Shown here piece after piece: positions 1 through 12,261 of a DNA stretch of 64,000 nt. The stretch lies in contig VJWM01000135.1 of the NCBI GenBank assembly GCA_010909165.1, positions 434,001 to 498,000 of the forward strand, in the 5' to 3' direction. A model generated the notes under the pieces. The model was not told where the DNA came from and did not search any database. It saw only the letters and a program-made list of their open reading frames with translations. Every line of letters begins with the position of its first letter. Position 1 is the first letter of the stretch. The translations under genes and the position numbers were made by a program. This stretch comes from Anthoceros angustus. Taxonomy: Eukaryota; Plantae; Anthocerotophyta.

Positions 1-2744
1 GTGAACCGGGTCACTTTCGGGTCCTCATCCGGGTTCCTCTTCGCCCTCGGTCCCCGTCCACTTCCACTTGAACAATCGATCACCTCCGCCTCCAAAGTGT
101 CCCTCCTAGTCCATCTTCGACCAATGATTTTGGGAAAGGGTAGTCCTCATTCGTATCCTCGCTCATCGCCCCACTGCCTTCATGGAGGTGTACCGGTGGT
201 GCGCCACCACAAGATGTGTCCTTACTCCGTGTAATCGCCACCCGTCCCTTCCTCACCTTCTGATCCCACCACGCTTGAAGTGTATTTCCTTCCGTCAAGT
301 GTAGTTTTGTCCGAGCCTCAGCCAAGGGTCGCCCAACAGACACTCTGAGGTCCGGGTCCGATGACGACAAGTCCAATGTATAGGGGCTCCGCTATGGTGG
401 CTTGACTCGACAACTCCCTCAAGGCGTGACATGTCCGCCATCCCGAGGGTTTTGGTGGATGGCTCAAGGGTGAACCCCACTGCCTTGCGGGCCTCCTGAT
501 GAGGTTCACTCGACCCGTGTCCAGAGGCACGTTTTAATCACACACCCCGCACTTCCACCGAACCATCGGCGCCCTGTGGTCCGTATGAGATACTACCTTA
601 CCTCCACGTTGCCCTTCCCGCCAAGGAGTTCCGCGTGGTTCCCCGATGGCCTCCCGACTTCTCCGATACTGGGTTGTCTTTAACAATCGCCTAAGGGACA
701 CCAAGTGTTGTTGGTCCATCATCAAGTCGGCCACCTTGAAAGGCGTGGTTCTCCGCCACCGCCCGCCTTGACCTTCCAGCCCGCCACCGCCTGTGGTGGT
801 CGGACCACTGGGTCCCGCTGAGTTCTTCCTCAAGCATCTCCGCCACTTCCACATCCGGTGGAAGCTGCGTGTTGCCTTGGGTGAGTCCGCTCCCCGAGAC
901 TCGGGTCTTTTGGGGTTCTCCGGTGTAGCCGCTTAACTCCTGGCGGGTTCGCCTCCTTCGCAGTTCCGCCCTCCGTATCGACTATCCCCCCATTTTCTTC
1001 CTCTTAACTGCCTCTCCTTTCGCCTCCTTTCGCCGGCTGACACTTCCAAGACCTGTGTCCGCCTTCTCCTCCTTAGCCGAACTCGCTTGCATCACTGCCT
1101 GTTCCCTGCCTCCCACTCCGCCACCAGGCCTTCAATCTAGCAGCGCAGCCTTAGGAGGGAGGCGAGGCGGTCGCTCCCCGAGGGTGGCGAGCGCACCGCC
1201 TCGAGCGAGGATTCTGGACACAAGGTACCGCCGCCATGTGCCCTCCATAACTCCACACTGCGCTCAAAGTCCCGCTGCCTTGCCGAGTGGGGTATGGACA
1301 CGCTGGAGTAGTGCCCGGGTTCCCAAGCCCAGCACCACCGCCGCCCGAGAATTCTGGAGGGGCTCCCATGCGGTCTTGCGAGGTCGATGCACGATGACCA
1401 GCGGGGTACATCCCGGGATACCGGGGTCCTGTGGTGCTTCTTGCACTTGGTATGCATCCTCCACGCTCCTGACTCTTCCCGTAGTCATACTCCACCGGTT
1501 CACGGGTCCGAGGCGCTAGCCTCGAATGCCCATGTTGGTGACACACCGCACACCATGATGAGTACGGTGGTGGCCGCCTTCGCCGTTCTTTATCCTTCAC
1601 CGTTGATCGTCAACTCCTCCACCCTCTTCATTACCCGCTAGATCTTCCTCACCCCGCCACTTCCTTCAAAGGAGCTGGTCGGGACCTCTCGCACGGCATG
1701 CATCATGACCTCCTTCTTTTCCACCCTCCCGACCACGGGCTTTTTCTTCTTAATTTTCTGGGGTTCTTCTTCTTCCATGACATCCTGGATTCTTCTTCGA
1801 GTCCTCTTCCTCCGTGCTACCTCGGTCTCATCATCCTCCTCTTCCGAGGGTTCTTCATCTCGAGTCCCACCTCGCTTCTTCTTCTTATTCTTGAGGTTCT
1901 TCTTCTTCGACTCCTCGGATTCTTCTTGAGTCCTCTTCCTCTTCCTCCGATGCTACCTCGGTCTCATCATCCTCCTCTTGGGTTCTTCATCTTGGTCAGG
2001 CCCCGTTTCTTCTTTTCTTCTTTCCTCCAGGAGCGTCCTCGGCCGTCGTTGGTGCATCGATTCTTCATAGTTCTCCGCCGCCGACCGCCTTGCTCACATC
2101 CTTCGCCAACAAGAAGACGCTTAGCCATTGGCTTGATAAGCCACCGCGAACCAACGCATCACCGCATGGTAGTGTGAGTGGGTGCCGTCTCAAGAGCAGA
2201 ACCGCTCGATGTACGATCCCAACTTCTCCGCCTTGCCTCGTGTTCTCGAGTTTGACAAGACGTAGTTTCTTGATCGATTCCACGGAATCTTTCTAAGAAG
2301 GCATCCTTCAATGCTTCAAGGTTGTGGGGAGCTGGCGCGGATTCATACCACGAGTCACCGCCCCTCAGGACCCTTGGAATACCGGAATGAGTCAAGATCC
2401 GAACCTTCTCCGCTGAAGTTTGCCGACACACGAAATCCTCCACGAAGGTTTGACGTCTCTCTCCTTCTTACCTCCAAAGAGGAATACGCTTGGTCGACGT
2501 TGTTGCCATCGCCGCGATCGGCAAGGGATGAGGAACCGCCTTACCACCGCCCGACTTGGTGCTACTTCCTCCTCACGATCCGACAACCCACCACGCCACT
2601 GTTGGTGTCTCGCCTCGAGCTCGTTGCCTCACGCGCGCCGAGCCGGCCACAACGTCCGACTCTCTCAGAATTCCCTTAACTACCTCACGCCCTCCACGCA
2701 TCCACGCCGCTACGGAACGATTTCATTCCCTAACGGCGCCAAAA
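1..2744 (-). mobile_element. Degenerate Ty3/gypsy (Athila-like, family A) internal region: PBS, gag, zinc knuckles, aspartic protease; continues beyond the window start
   Basis: Minus-strand fragments: gag-like SWYESAPAPHNLEALKDAFLERF (2159-2443), knuckles WCAVCHQHGH (~1540) and CTKCKKHH, protease PLDTGRVNLI (~520) and TLGMADMS...LLGDPWL (295-480). PBS TGGCGCCGTT at 2732-2741 follows an LTR ending in CA. Many frameshifts. Confidence 0.75.
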
Positions 2745-3572
2745 TGTGGCGCGACTTTCGCCGACGGCCACCGCGCGCAATCCGTGTCGTTGTAGGAAGG
2801 AGTCCTCAAGGGAATGATAGGCTGCTTGCCGCTTCCGATTCTCACTCACTTTGCGCCGCTCAACGCACACACTCACCTAACTACTCGCAACGCTCACCGC
2901 ACAGCCCTGTGGCTAAACGCTTAAGGACCTGTCAAGCCCCAGATCTCACATCCGCCACTCACTCGTCCGCCTCTCCACTCACACCACTTATCGCCTTAGA
3001 AAGACGCTGGTTACATGCCCGACCTCCTCCGCTGCCGGCCTCTTCCGTCTCGACACGCCTCCCGAGTTCCTCCGGCCACACGCCCGTCCTCGGGCCCGGC
3101 TGCTCGACGAGCACGGTCCCCTCACACCCTTCCCCGCACACACCACAACACGTTAGGTCCGCCACAGACCCCCTCCGAGCCGCCGTGCCCGCTCAGACTC
3201 ACGTTAGCAAGAAGACACACAAAGGTCCGCAAGAACGCGCATCAACACCAAGAGAAAGATGATTTATTCTGGCAGCCCGCCTCTTATACTACGCCCAAGT
3301 CGGCGCCTTTATTACACCCCTATTCTCGAAATGATGGCCACCAAGATACCCTAATCGGCCCCATCCTATTCCTCCCCTATCTCCTTCCGGCGTGGGCTGG
3401 AAGGTCCGGGTTCCGCCTTGGGATTGGTGGTCCAATCTCCCCCGACAGGCCAAGACCTAATCGGATGATCCGAGGCGGACCTCCTTTCTCCCGAATCTGT
3501 CAGTTACAGGCCGACGATCACTACAACGCTGCCCCTCCCCTCGGCCTCCCTGGGTCCTCCCGGGGCCACCGA
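2745..3572 (-). repeat. Family A LTR, copy 1 (~830 bp)
   Basis: Ends in CA just before the PBS. Homologous to 4331-5168 and, inverted, to ~11200-11923. Contains TATA-like AGTATAAGA and AATAAA in sense orientation. Preceded by purine tract AGGGGAGCAGA (3573-3583). The 5' boundary is approximate. Confidence 0.6.
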
Positions 3573-4330
3573 TCTGCTCCCCTAGCGTAAGTCGGGGGCT
3601 CCTCCTCATCTCGAGTCCCGACTCGAGGTCCGGCCTCGACGAGTCCCAACCTGTGAGTCCGTCATTCCCGAGTCCGGACCTCGAGGTCCGGTCTCGACTC
3701 GGTGAACTCCAGTCGTCTTATTTCTGAGTCTGGGTCGGCCTCGTCTCTGGGGTTCGGACCTCGGGGTCGAACTTATTCAGTCCGGTCTCAACTCGGACCC
3801 CCCTGCGGACCTCGTCTTGCTAGGTCCTCATCCCTTCCCACCGACCCTTGTCTTGGGTGGTTGGCTCCTCCTTCCACTCCTCCTCCAAGGCCTCCTTTCT
3901 CCCGAAAGGTTGCGGGGGGAGCGTTGCGGTGGTATTTCCTCCGATACCAGCGCTGTCCCCGAGGACCCTTGGAGCAATTTGGATGAATGCGCATCGAACC
4001 TTCTCGTTGAAGTTTGCGACACGAAATCCTCCACGAAGGTTTGTCTCTCTCCTTCTTACCTCCAAAGAGAATCGCTTGGTGGCGTTGTTGCCATCGTGCG
4101 ATCGGCAAGGTTGAGGAACCGCTCCCCGACCCGCGACTTGGTGCTACTTCCTCCTCGATCCGACAACTCCACCGCTTACATTGGTGGTGTCCTCGCCTCG
4201 AGCTCGTCGTCTCTCACGTGCTGCGCTCGGGCGCTCGGCGATCTGGCGTCCACTCTCTGGTCGTCCTTAACTACCTCCGTCCTCCGCATCACGCGCTTTC
4301 TGGGCGATTTCATTCCCGGCAGCGCCAAAA
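3573..4330 (-). mobile_element. Internally deleted family A unit: PBS, 5' gag fragment, 3' region, PPT
   Basis: PBS-like TGGCGCTGCCGGGAAT (4311-4327). The gag 5' fragment (~3940-4300) matches 2390-2700. Region 3600-3930 matches 5190-5420 and 5750-5900. Confidence 0.55.
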
Positions 4331-5168
4331 TGTGGTAGCGACTTTTTGATGACGGTAGCGCGCACAATCCGTGTCGTTGTAGGAAGGTCCGTTCCCAAAG
4401 GAATGATAGCTCCGTTTGCGGCGTTTGACGATTGTCTCACTTTGCGTCGTTCGGTCACGCACACATCGTTCGCCTAACTACTACTAGCGTTCACGCGAGG
4501 CCGGTATGGCCAAGCGTTTAAGGACCCGTTCGCGTCCGTTCGCGTTAAATCACTCGCACCTCTAGTCCGTTCCTCTCTCCCTCACACACTTATCGGTCTT
4601 AAGGAAAGCCGGGTTACAGTCCGGACCTCCTCCGTCGTTCGGGCCTCTCGTGTCTCCGGAGTCCCTCCGGCTCACGTTCCGGTCCGTTCGGCGTGGCGCG
4701 GCTCGGGCGAGCACGGTCCCAGTCACCCTTCCACACACCACAACACGTTAGGTCGTCACGGGACCGATCAATCTCCGGGGTCGTCGTGCACCTTTCGGTG
4801 ACTCGGGACTCACGTTAGCAAGAAGACACAAGGTGCAGAGCGCGGCATCAACACCAAGATGAGATTTATTGGGCGGCCTGGCCCTCTTATACTCGCAGTC
4901 GGCGTCTTTTACACCTATTATGCACGGTATACTAATCGACGCCTACCATCCTATTTCCCCTCCTATCTCCTTGTGGGGTGGGAAGGTCCGGGTTCCGCCT
5001 TGGGATTGGTGGTCCAATCTCCCGTCGGCGATTGCGGCGCACCCAATCGGATGATCCGGCGGGCCCTCCTTTCTCCGGAATCACAGCCGGGTTGGGCTCT
5101 GGCGGTCGGCGGCCGCCCCCTAACGTCATCCTCCCAGCCTCCCGTGGGTCCCCTCGGTGGGGCCACGG
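4331..5168 (-). repeat. Family A LTR, copy 2
   Basis: Colinear with 2745-3572, with the same CA-TTT-TGGCGC junction and the same upstream purine tract (~5169-5180). Confidence 0.6.
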
Positions 5169-8100
5169 ATCTGCTCCCCTAAGCGTAAGTCGAGGGGCTC
5201 CTCCTTCTTCGAGTCCGGACCTCGGTCGGTCCTACTCCGTCGAACTCGGTCTTATAGTCGGTCTGGGTCCGGCCTCGTCTCGGGTTCGGACCTCGAGGTC
5301 CGAACTTCCGGTCCCAAACTCGGACCCCCCTGCGGACCTCGTCTGCTGGGTCCTCATCCCTTCCGACCCTTGTCTTGGGTGGTTGGCTCCTTCACTCCTC
5401 CTCAGGCCCCGCCTCCTTCTCCAGCGGGTTGCGGTGAACTTACCGGTCTGCGTCCGCTCCTCTTGAGGCTCCTCTCCCGCTCCGTCGTCTCCAAGCAGGG
5501 GCCTAGGTCCCGTCTTTGTCCCGTGCCCTTCTTCCCCTTCCGAGCCTTCCAGGGTCCGCTATTTGTGCCGGCTACTGGAGCCGCTTGTCTTAAGGAGCTC
5601 GTGCGTAGCAAAGTCCGAATCCACTTGTTGAATTGCTCTTCCACGGTGCCTGAGCACCCGATACTCCCTTCGCCATAGGTGCCCGGAGCCGGGCGTCTGC
5701 TTGTTCCACCTCCCCGCCAGTTTGATAGCCGGCCGGGTCAGCCCGAGGCTCGCTGCCTCGGACCTCGGGGTCGAACTTATTCAGTCCGGTCTCAACTCGG
5801 ACCCCCCTGCGGACCTCGTCTTGCTAGGTCCTCATCCCTTCCCACCCTTGTCTTGGGTGGTTGGCTCCTCCTTCCACTCCTCCTCAGGCCCCGCCTCTAT
5901 CTCCGGCGGGTTGCGGTGAACTTACCCAGGGATTCGTGTCGTCCCTCCTCTTGATGCTCCTCTCCCGCTCCGTCGTCTCAAGCAGGGGCCACTAGGGTCC
6001 CGTCTTTGTCCCGTGCCCCTTCCCCTTGAGCCTTCCGAGTCCGTCTGGCGGTGGGAGGTGAGTCTTAAGGAGCTCAGCGTGGTAATAGGCAAAGTCGAAT
6101 CACTTGGATTGCCTCTTCCACGTGTGCGGGCACCGATACTCCCCGCCATTGGTGCTCTGAGCGTCTTGCTTGTTGGACCACCTCCACGGGTTTGGTGGCC
6201 GGGCCTTCATGAGGCTCAGGCGGCCTCGGTCACCTCCCCGCGCTGTTGCTCACTTGCTCCAACTCTCGTTTCGCTCCGCTACTTACCCGCCATAGCAGCT
6301 CCCTTCCGCTTTCTCAATCGGACCAGCCTTTCTTTTCAAGGCCTGCCCTCGCCTGCTCATTCTCGGCTTAACTCCGCCATCTCCTCTCCACGGCGGCAAC
6401 TCGCTCGATCGCGGCTTCGCCAGTCCTTCTCCATTTCACGCCGCCCCTGCTCCATCGCTGCATCGCCTGTCCGCCAATGTAGCCGAGCCGCTTATTTCGC
6501 CTCGCCATCACGCCCGCACTACCATTCCTCTCAATGGTGGGAGTCAGCCCAAGGTCTCCTTGCGTCTTCCATCTCCCCGCCGCCTCCACCTCAAGGAGTC
6601 CGGAGATCCTCCATCTTGTCCGAGCTTCCTTGGCTGGTGGTCCGCTTGCTCCGCCGCCTCTGCTCCATCTTGAGGGCGCTCTATCGAAGTCTTGGACTCT
6701 CGTTGAGAACCCCTTGCTTGCTCAAGCGTCTTGGGTTGTAACTCCAAGGTGTCTTCTTGTCCTCCGGCTCCTGCGCCTCCCTTCTACCTCCTGCAGTGCA
6801 CAGGGTCCCCGATTTCCTGGCCGGCCTGTTTCAGCCACCCGGCCGGCCCCGGCTCGCCGCCTCTGCCTCGGTTCGATTGGCCTCCTCCACCGGTTCGATC
6901 ACGCTGATAGTGATCGCGATCGTACTGTGGCTTCCGCCTCCTTGGCCACCTTCACAGGCTTCTCGAGGCTGGTCTGGTCGGGCCGCCTCGCCACCTTCAC
7001 CGAGCTCTCCAGGCTTGGCGCCGCCTGGCCAGTCCCGAGCCGCCCCTCATGCCCGGCCTGCCACCCTCCGCCTCCCCGCAGAGGTCCTCCGCCTTGGCCT
7101 CGAGCCGCTTCACCGATCACACTGAAGAATTTAGTCCTTCCTTGAATGGACCAGATTTCCTCTCGGCCTCCGGCGTTTCCCTTCCTCACCCGCCGAGCTC
7201 GCCTTCCTCAGCTGGACGGCGGCTTTTACTTCCGGTGCCCCTCTCTCCGTTGTCCGTGCTCAGCCATCTCCTCTCCACGGTCGGGCAACTCTGCGTCGGG
7301 CTTCGCCAGTCCTTCTCCATCTCGGCGTCTGCTCCCTGTTCCATCTCGCCTCCGTCGCCAGCGGCGGGAGCTCTATTTCCGTTCGTGATCGCGATCACGC
7401 CCTGACTACCATTCCTCTCAATGGTAGTTTGGGCTGACTCAAAGTCTCCTTCGGTCTTCCATCTCACGCCTTTCTTTGCTCCACCTCCATGAGTCGGAGA
7501 TCCTCCATCTCCTTCGCGACTTCTTGCTGGCTGGTCGCGCTTGCTCCGCGCCTCTGCTCCATCTTGAGGCGGTGGGCGCTCTATCTCACTCGAAGTCTTG
7601 GACTCTCGTTGAGAACCCTTGCTGCTCAAGCGTCTTGGGTTGTAACTCCAAGGTGTCCTTCATCCTCCGACTCCTGCGCCTCCCTTCTACCTCCTGTGCA
7701 CAGGGTCCCCGATTTCCGGGTCTTGGCCTCGGTGTTCCACGGCTCGTCGTGCTTGCTCTTGCCTTGCTCGGCCTTGATTGGCGCGGCTCTAGCCTCCCTC
7801 CACGGTTCGATCCGATAGTGATCGCGATCGTACTGTGGCTTCCGCCTCCTTGGCCACCTTCACAGGCTTCTCGAGGCTGGTCTGGTCGGGCCGCCTCGCG
7901 GTCCAGCGCCCTCTCCGCTTGCGCCCGGGCCTCTTAGCCTCTGTGCGCTCCTCTCTGCGAGGTCCTCGGCCAGCGCTTGGGCCTCCTTGGCACCTTGGTG
8001 CTCCTCCGGTGAAGGAATTTAGTCGGTCCTTGCGGATGGACGGACTCCTCTCTCGGCCTCCGGCGTTTCCCTTCCTCAATTGCCGAGGCTTGGCCTTCCT

Positions 8101-8210
8101 TCCTTGCCTCTGGGCCCCTCCAACTGCTTCCCGAGGAGTACCACGCCCGGTGGCTTACCGGGGTCTTCTCCGTCCCGGCAGAGACCCCAAAGCATACCGT
8201 CCATGACGAA
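5169..8210 (-). mobile_element. Family A 3' internal region: duplicated 3' non-coding unit plus two tandem copies (~6230-7180, ~7190-8090) of a degenerate charged/coiled-coil ORF
   Basis: Direct repeats are visible at DNA level (e.g. gatagtgatcgcgatcgtactgtggcttccgcctccttggccaccttcacaggc at ~6906 and ~7815). Lies immediately upstream of PPT+LTR. Product not identifiable. Confidence 0.45.
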
Positions 8211-8254
8211 GCTGTGACCGCCGTGTTTCTTCCACGGCCAGTGAGGCTACAAAG

Positions 8255-11190
8255 TCCGAGAGGGAGCTTTATCAAGTCCGGCCATGACCTCCATACTGCA
8301 GCCCCGGGAGTCCGGATCGGGTTCTCCGGACCTAATCAGACCCTTAGGTCCTGTCTTGAAGCCCGAGCTTCACCCTCTCTCAGCCCTTTTGGCATGAGCT
8401 CCTTTTCCCAGCCTCTTTTCTCTGGGCTCTGAGGAGGTGAGTCCGGAGCAAGCCTTTTGCCTCTTCCTGGGGAGATGGAGGCCCCGTGTGCGGCCGCTAC
8501 CAAAGGTGACCTCGCCTCCTTGGGCGTGTCCTCTCCGCCTCAACACGATAATATTTGAAGGCTGAATATAATGGCCGCTTAAACCCCGGATAATTTCAGA
8601 TTCAATGATGTCCCAAAACCCATGATTCTTAATGTTCCTACGACGATTTGGGTCTTGTTACACTGCCTGTTTATCGTTTGGCTTGGACAAAATTTTGCCT
8701 CGGTCATGGTGCACCCATACAAGATAGCGCATGCCGGCCCAAAAGAAACTCAACTAACTAATATAAAAACTATAATTGATCTCGAACTCGCGATCTATGA
8801 TTCTTAGCCGAGTTTTTACCACTTTACCAACTTTAGGAGACAACAAAATTTTATGATATGCAAATAATATATATCAATGAAGGTGCCAATATGCTAGCAC
8901 CCTATGCTCTTATGCTCCCTCCATAGGGGCGTGCGTCCTTAAATTTTCTATGAGCGGTGTGCTGCGTTCGCATTAACACTAGGGCTTACAACCACTTGTC
9001 CTGCACCCATGCACATTATGACTTACATATATTAGGCCACGCGCTTGCTTGCGCAAGAGAATGAGAAAAACACACCACCTTTCACACTTCCGATCAGACC
9101 TTGGTCGCTCACAAAGATGGTGTCCAACATACAAAAACGTATTCAATTGCTATGACCTCAGAGAAAGATAGTCGCGGCCTACGGAGCTCGAGAATAGGGA
9201 AGAAACTTGGCGTGTCATGTCTCTCTTCTCCATTCCGATTCAAGTGAAATTTGAGATCATGAATATTAGGGCATGGGTAATTTCAAGCGTGCTTAGAAAA
9301 CCTTTGAAATTTAAAATAATTTCCATGATTTTGAGTTCAAGTATACAAATTATTAGAATAAGGAATTTAAACCAAACCAATCACTTTTACAACACATACT
9401 ATGCTCTCATTTCGATACATATATTACCTATTCCTACACAACATGAAAAGTTCACCTTCAAAGCAGCCAGCCCTAGAAAGACTTGAACTCAAGACCTCTT
9501 ATTTCCAACTTTTAGGCTTACCACTCCATTAACTTTCCATGTACAAATAATAGGGACAAAGTATATGTTGAAATGAGGGCATGCGGCATGCTCCCTCATT
9601 CTTCTTCTTCTTCTTCATCATGCCCTTATGCTCCCCATGCTCCTTGTTTTTGATAGATCAAGCCATCACGGTTCGGTGGTTTCTTAGCCACTAGCCTAGG
9701 GTGTCTAACCGATGTTGAGCGTCCGGAGAAGCCATTACGTTCGGGTAGTTTCTCGGCGAAGGAAAGTGTTTGTTGGACGTCCGGCTCATTGCCAAAGGCC
9801 ATGAATCTTGGCGCCGGCATGCCGGCCAATGCACGTAACCTTTGAGCATGACTTGCGTGGCATGCGGCGCCTAGGTGTGTCACTTACGGCGTGTTTAGGG
9901 TCTTCACGCCCTCGGCTGTACACAATGACATCGACCGTGTCTGGATTGGATGTATAGCACGCATATAGAAATAGCCGTATGCATTCCCTTGATCTTTCTG
10001 CGAGATGGTCGCCCATGTTCATTTTCTTTGTTGTTTAACGAATGGCATGCACTAACGACATGGGCATCATTTCCATTGAAAACAATGGTCTACAGAGGTC
10101 AAATCCTTCGTCTACCATTGTAAGCCGCTAAAATATATAAAATTCTCGACACACCCTAATTGTGTGCCTTCTTACTGCGGGGGTATGCTCAAATACACAT
10201 TTCAATGCCCATGAAAACCCGTTTGGCGTATATTCACGTCAAAAGCAGCTTGATGTATATTGACCGCTTCAAATATTATCTTGTTCCTCCTTACACCTCT
10301 TGACCTCTTGCCACTCCGGTAGGCGGGGGTAGAGCAACCGTCACGAGGTCTTTGCGTTGACGACTCTTGCGCCTCTTCGGTTCCGCCGGTGAGGCTCAGC
10401 AACTGCGTTGTGGTGGTGGTGGGCTATTGAGTCGGGCCGCCTCTCCTTGGCACTCGGTGAGCACCGGGGAGGAGGAGGCGGGGATTTCTCCCTTGCTGGG
10501 TGGTGAGGGGTCCGTTCCGGACGTGTGAGTCCTAATCCTCCCGATCGCCCCTCCTCCACGGGTCCGTTTGGCCTTAGAGGTCGGCCCCCACCTCGGGCGG
10601 CTCCACTTCCTGGGCGGGCCTCAGCCCTTCCCAAGCCAGCTCTCCCTCGCCCGGGGAGCTGAAATGTCCCATACATGAATCGGGTATGGGGGCCCCGATG
10701 AGGCTTCTCGCTCCTTAGCTGCGGGCCTCTGGCCCGGGCAGGCGAAGATAATCCTTCCCAGTCCGCCCTCTTCCCCATTGTGGCGCATGCGAGAATATAG
10801 CAGGTTATCACCAAGGTGATCCACCTTGGTGGCGAGTTCCAATGGACAATGATCCGACTACCGCCCTTACTCGGTATCCGAGTGGATATCAACCAGCCGT
10901 TGGTTGTCACTGCGTTCGAGGCCTCGGCATCGCCCGTTCTTTGGCCCTATCTTTCCCTTCGCCTTGAGGGGCTCGGCACCACGCCCCTTCTTCCTCCTTT
11001 GGGCGGTTGTAGGCGCCTCGGGACCTCAAGGTCCATCGCCTGAGTCCTCCGGAGGTTCTTGGACCGAACCTCCTTGTTGACCGCCAACATCTTAGGGCGA
11101 ACTCCCGGGACGGTGTGTGAGCGTCCAGTGACTGGAACACATCCGGGTGCCACTCCTCGACTAATTCCCCGCTTCCTCCAGCGGGGCCCA
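8255..11190 (-). mobile_element. Truncated gypsy family B gag copy, interrupted by a TIR element
   Basis: 8260-8540 matches 15830-16130. 10290-11190 matches 16100-17000 and 18600-19470 (e.g. ELVEEWH...RCWRSTRRF). The flanks of the 8542-10285 insertion rejoin into the family B sequence. Confidence 0.55.
8542..10285. mobile_element. Non-autonomous DNA transposon, AACA...TGTT termini, 4-bp TSD CCTC
   Basis: Left end AACACGATAATATTTGAAGGCTGAATATA. Right end reverse complement AACAAGATAATATTTGAAGCGGTCAATATA. CCTC at 8538-8541 and 10286-10289. AT-rich interior with no transposase ORF. Confidence 0.78.
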
Positions 11191-12261
11191 AAGTCGGATA
11201 AGCCGGCGAGGCCCTGCCCGGCGAAGGAGATAGGAGGAGGAATAGGATGGTAAGTAGATTAGGGCTTACTAAGGCAGGCCAGCTCAGAATAGGGTGTAAT
11301 AAAGGCGCCCACTTGGGCGTAGTATAAGAAAATTTTCGGAATAAATCATCTTCTCTTGGTGTTGATGTCGCGTTTCTTGCGAGACCTTTGTGTGTCTTCT
11401 TGATAACGTGAGTCCCGAGTCATCGAGCCTGACTCGGAGGCCCAGTCAAGGTCACAGTGACCGGACCCCTAACGTGTGGTGGTGTGTCACGGGGAAGAGC
11501 GGCCCAGGGACCGTGTTCGTCCCGGCAGCCCAGTCGGGTGGCCGGGCAGCGGAGGAACTCGGGAGGCGTCTCGAGAGCCCGGAGAGAGGCCCGATTGAGC
11601 AACGGAGAGTCGGTCCTGTGTAGCCATAGTTCTTTTCCAAGGAGAGTTGATGAGGTAGTGAGAGTGATGAGAGGAAGGCGGACTTGAGGGGCCAGTGGCG
11701 TCTGGAGCGATCTGACATAAGCAGGTCGCCTTAAACCATTTGGGCTGTTGATGGCGTTATGAGTAGTTAGACGAAAGCAGCATTGCGTGTGTTAAAGTTG
11801 ACGGACGCAAAGTAAGGATGTTCGAAGCGCTGGCAAGCGGGCTTTTCATTCTCTCGAGACGGACTCCTTACTACAGCGACACGGGTTGTCTTGCGCGGTG
11901 GCCGTCGGTAAGTCGGCGCCACATTTTGGCGCCCGTTCAAGAATAGAGATCGAATTAGAGCAGCTGGTGAGGTAAGTGTGGATGCAGCGGAGGGCGAGAG
12001 GTAGTCGAGAATGAGTTCTTTGAGTGAGTCGGATGTTGGGGCCCGAGCGCGCTTTCAGCGCGAGCATGCGTGAGAAGCGGCGGGCTCAACTTGAGACCTC
12101 CAGTCGGCAAGAAAGCACGGTGGACTTGTCGGACCGTGAGGAGGAAGTAGCACCAAGTCAGGCGGTGGTAAGGGGAGCGGTTCCTCAACCCTTGCCGGTC
12201 GCGGCGATGGCAACAACGTCGACTAAGCAAGCGTACTCCCTCTTTGGAGGTAAGAAGGAGA

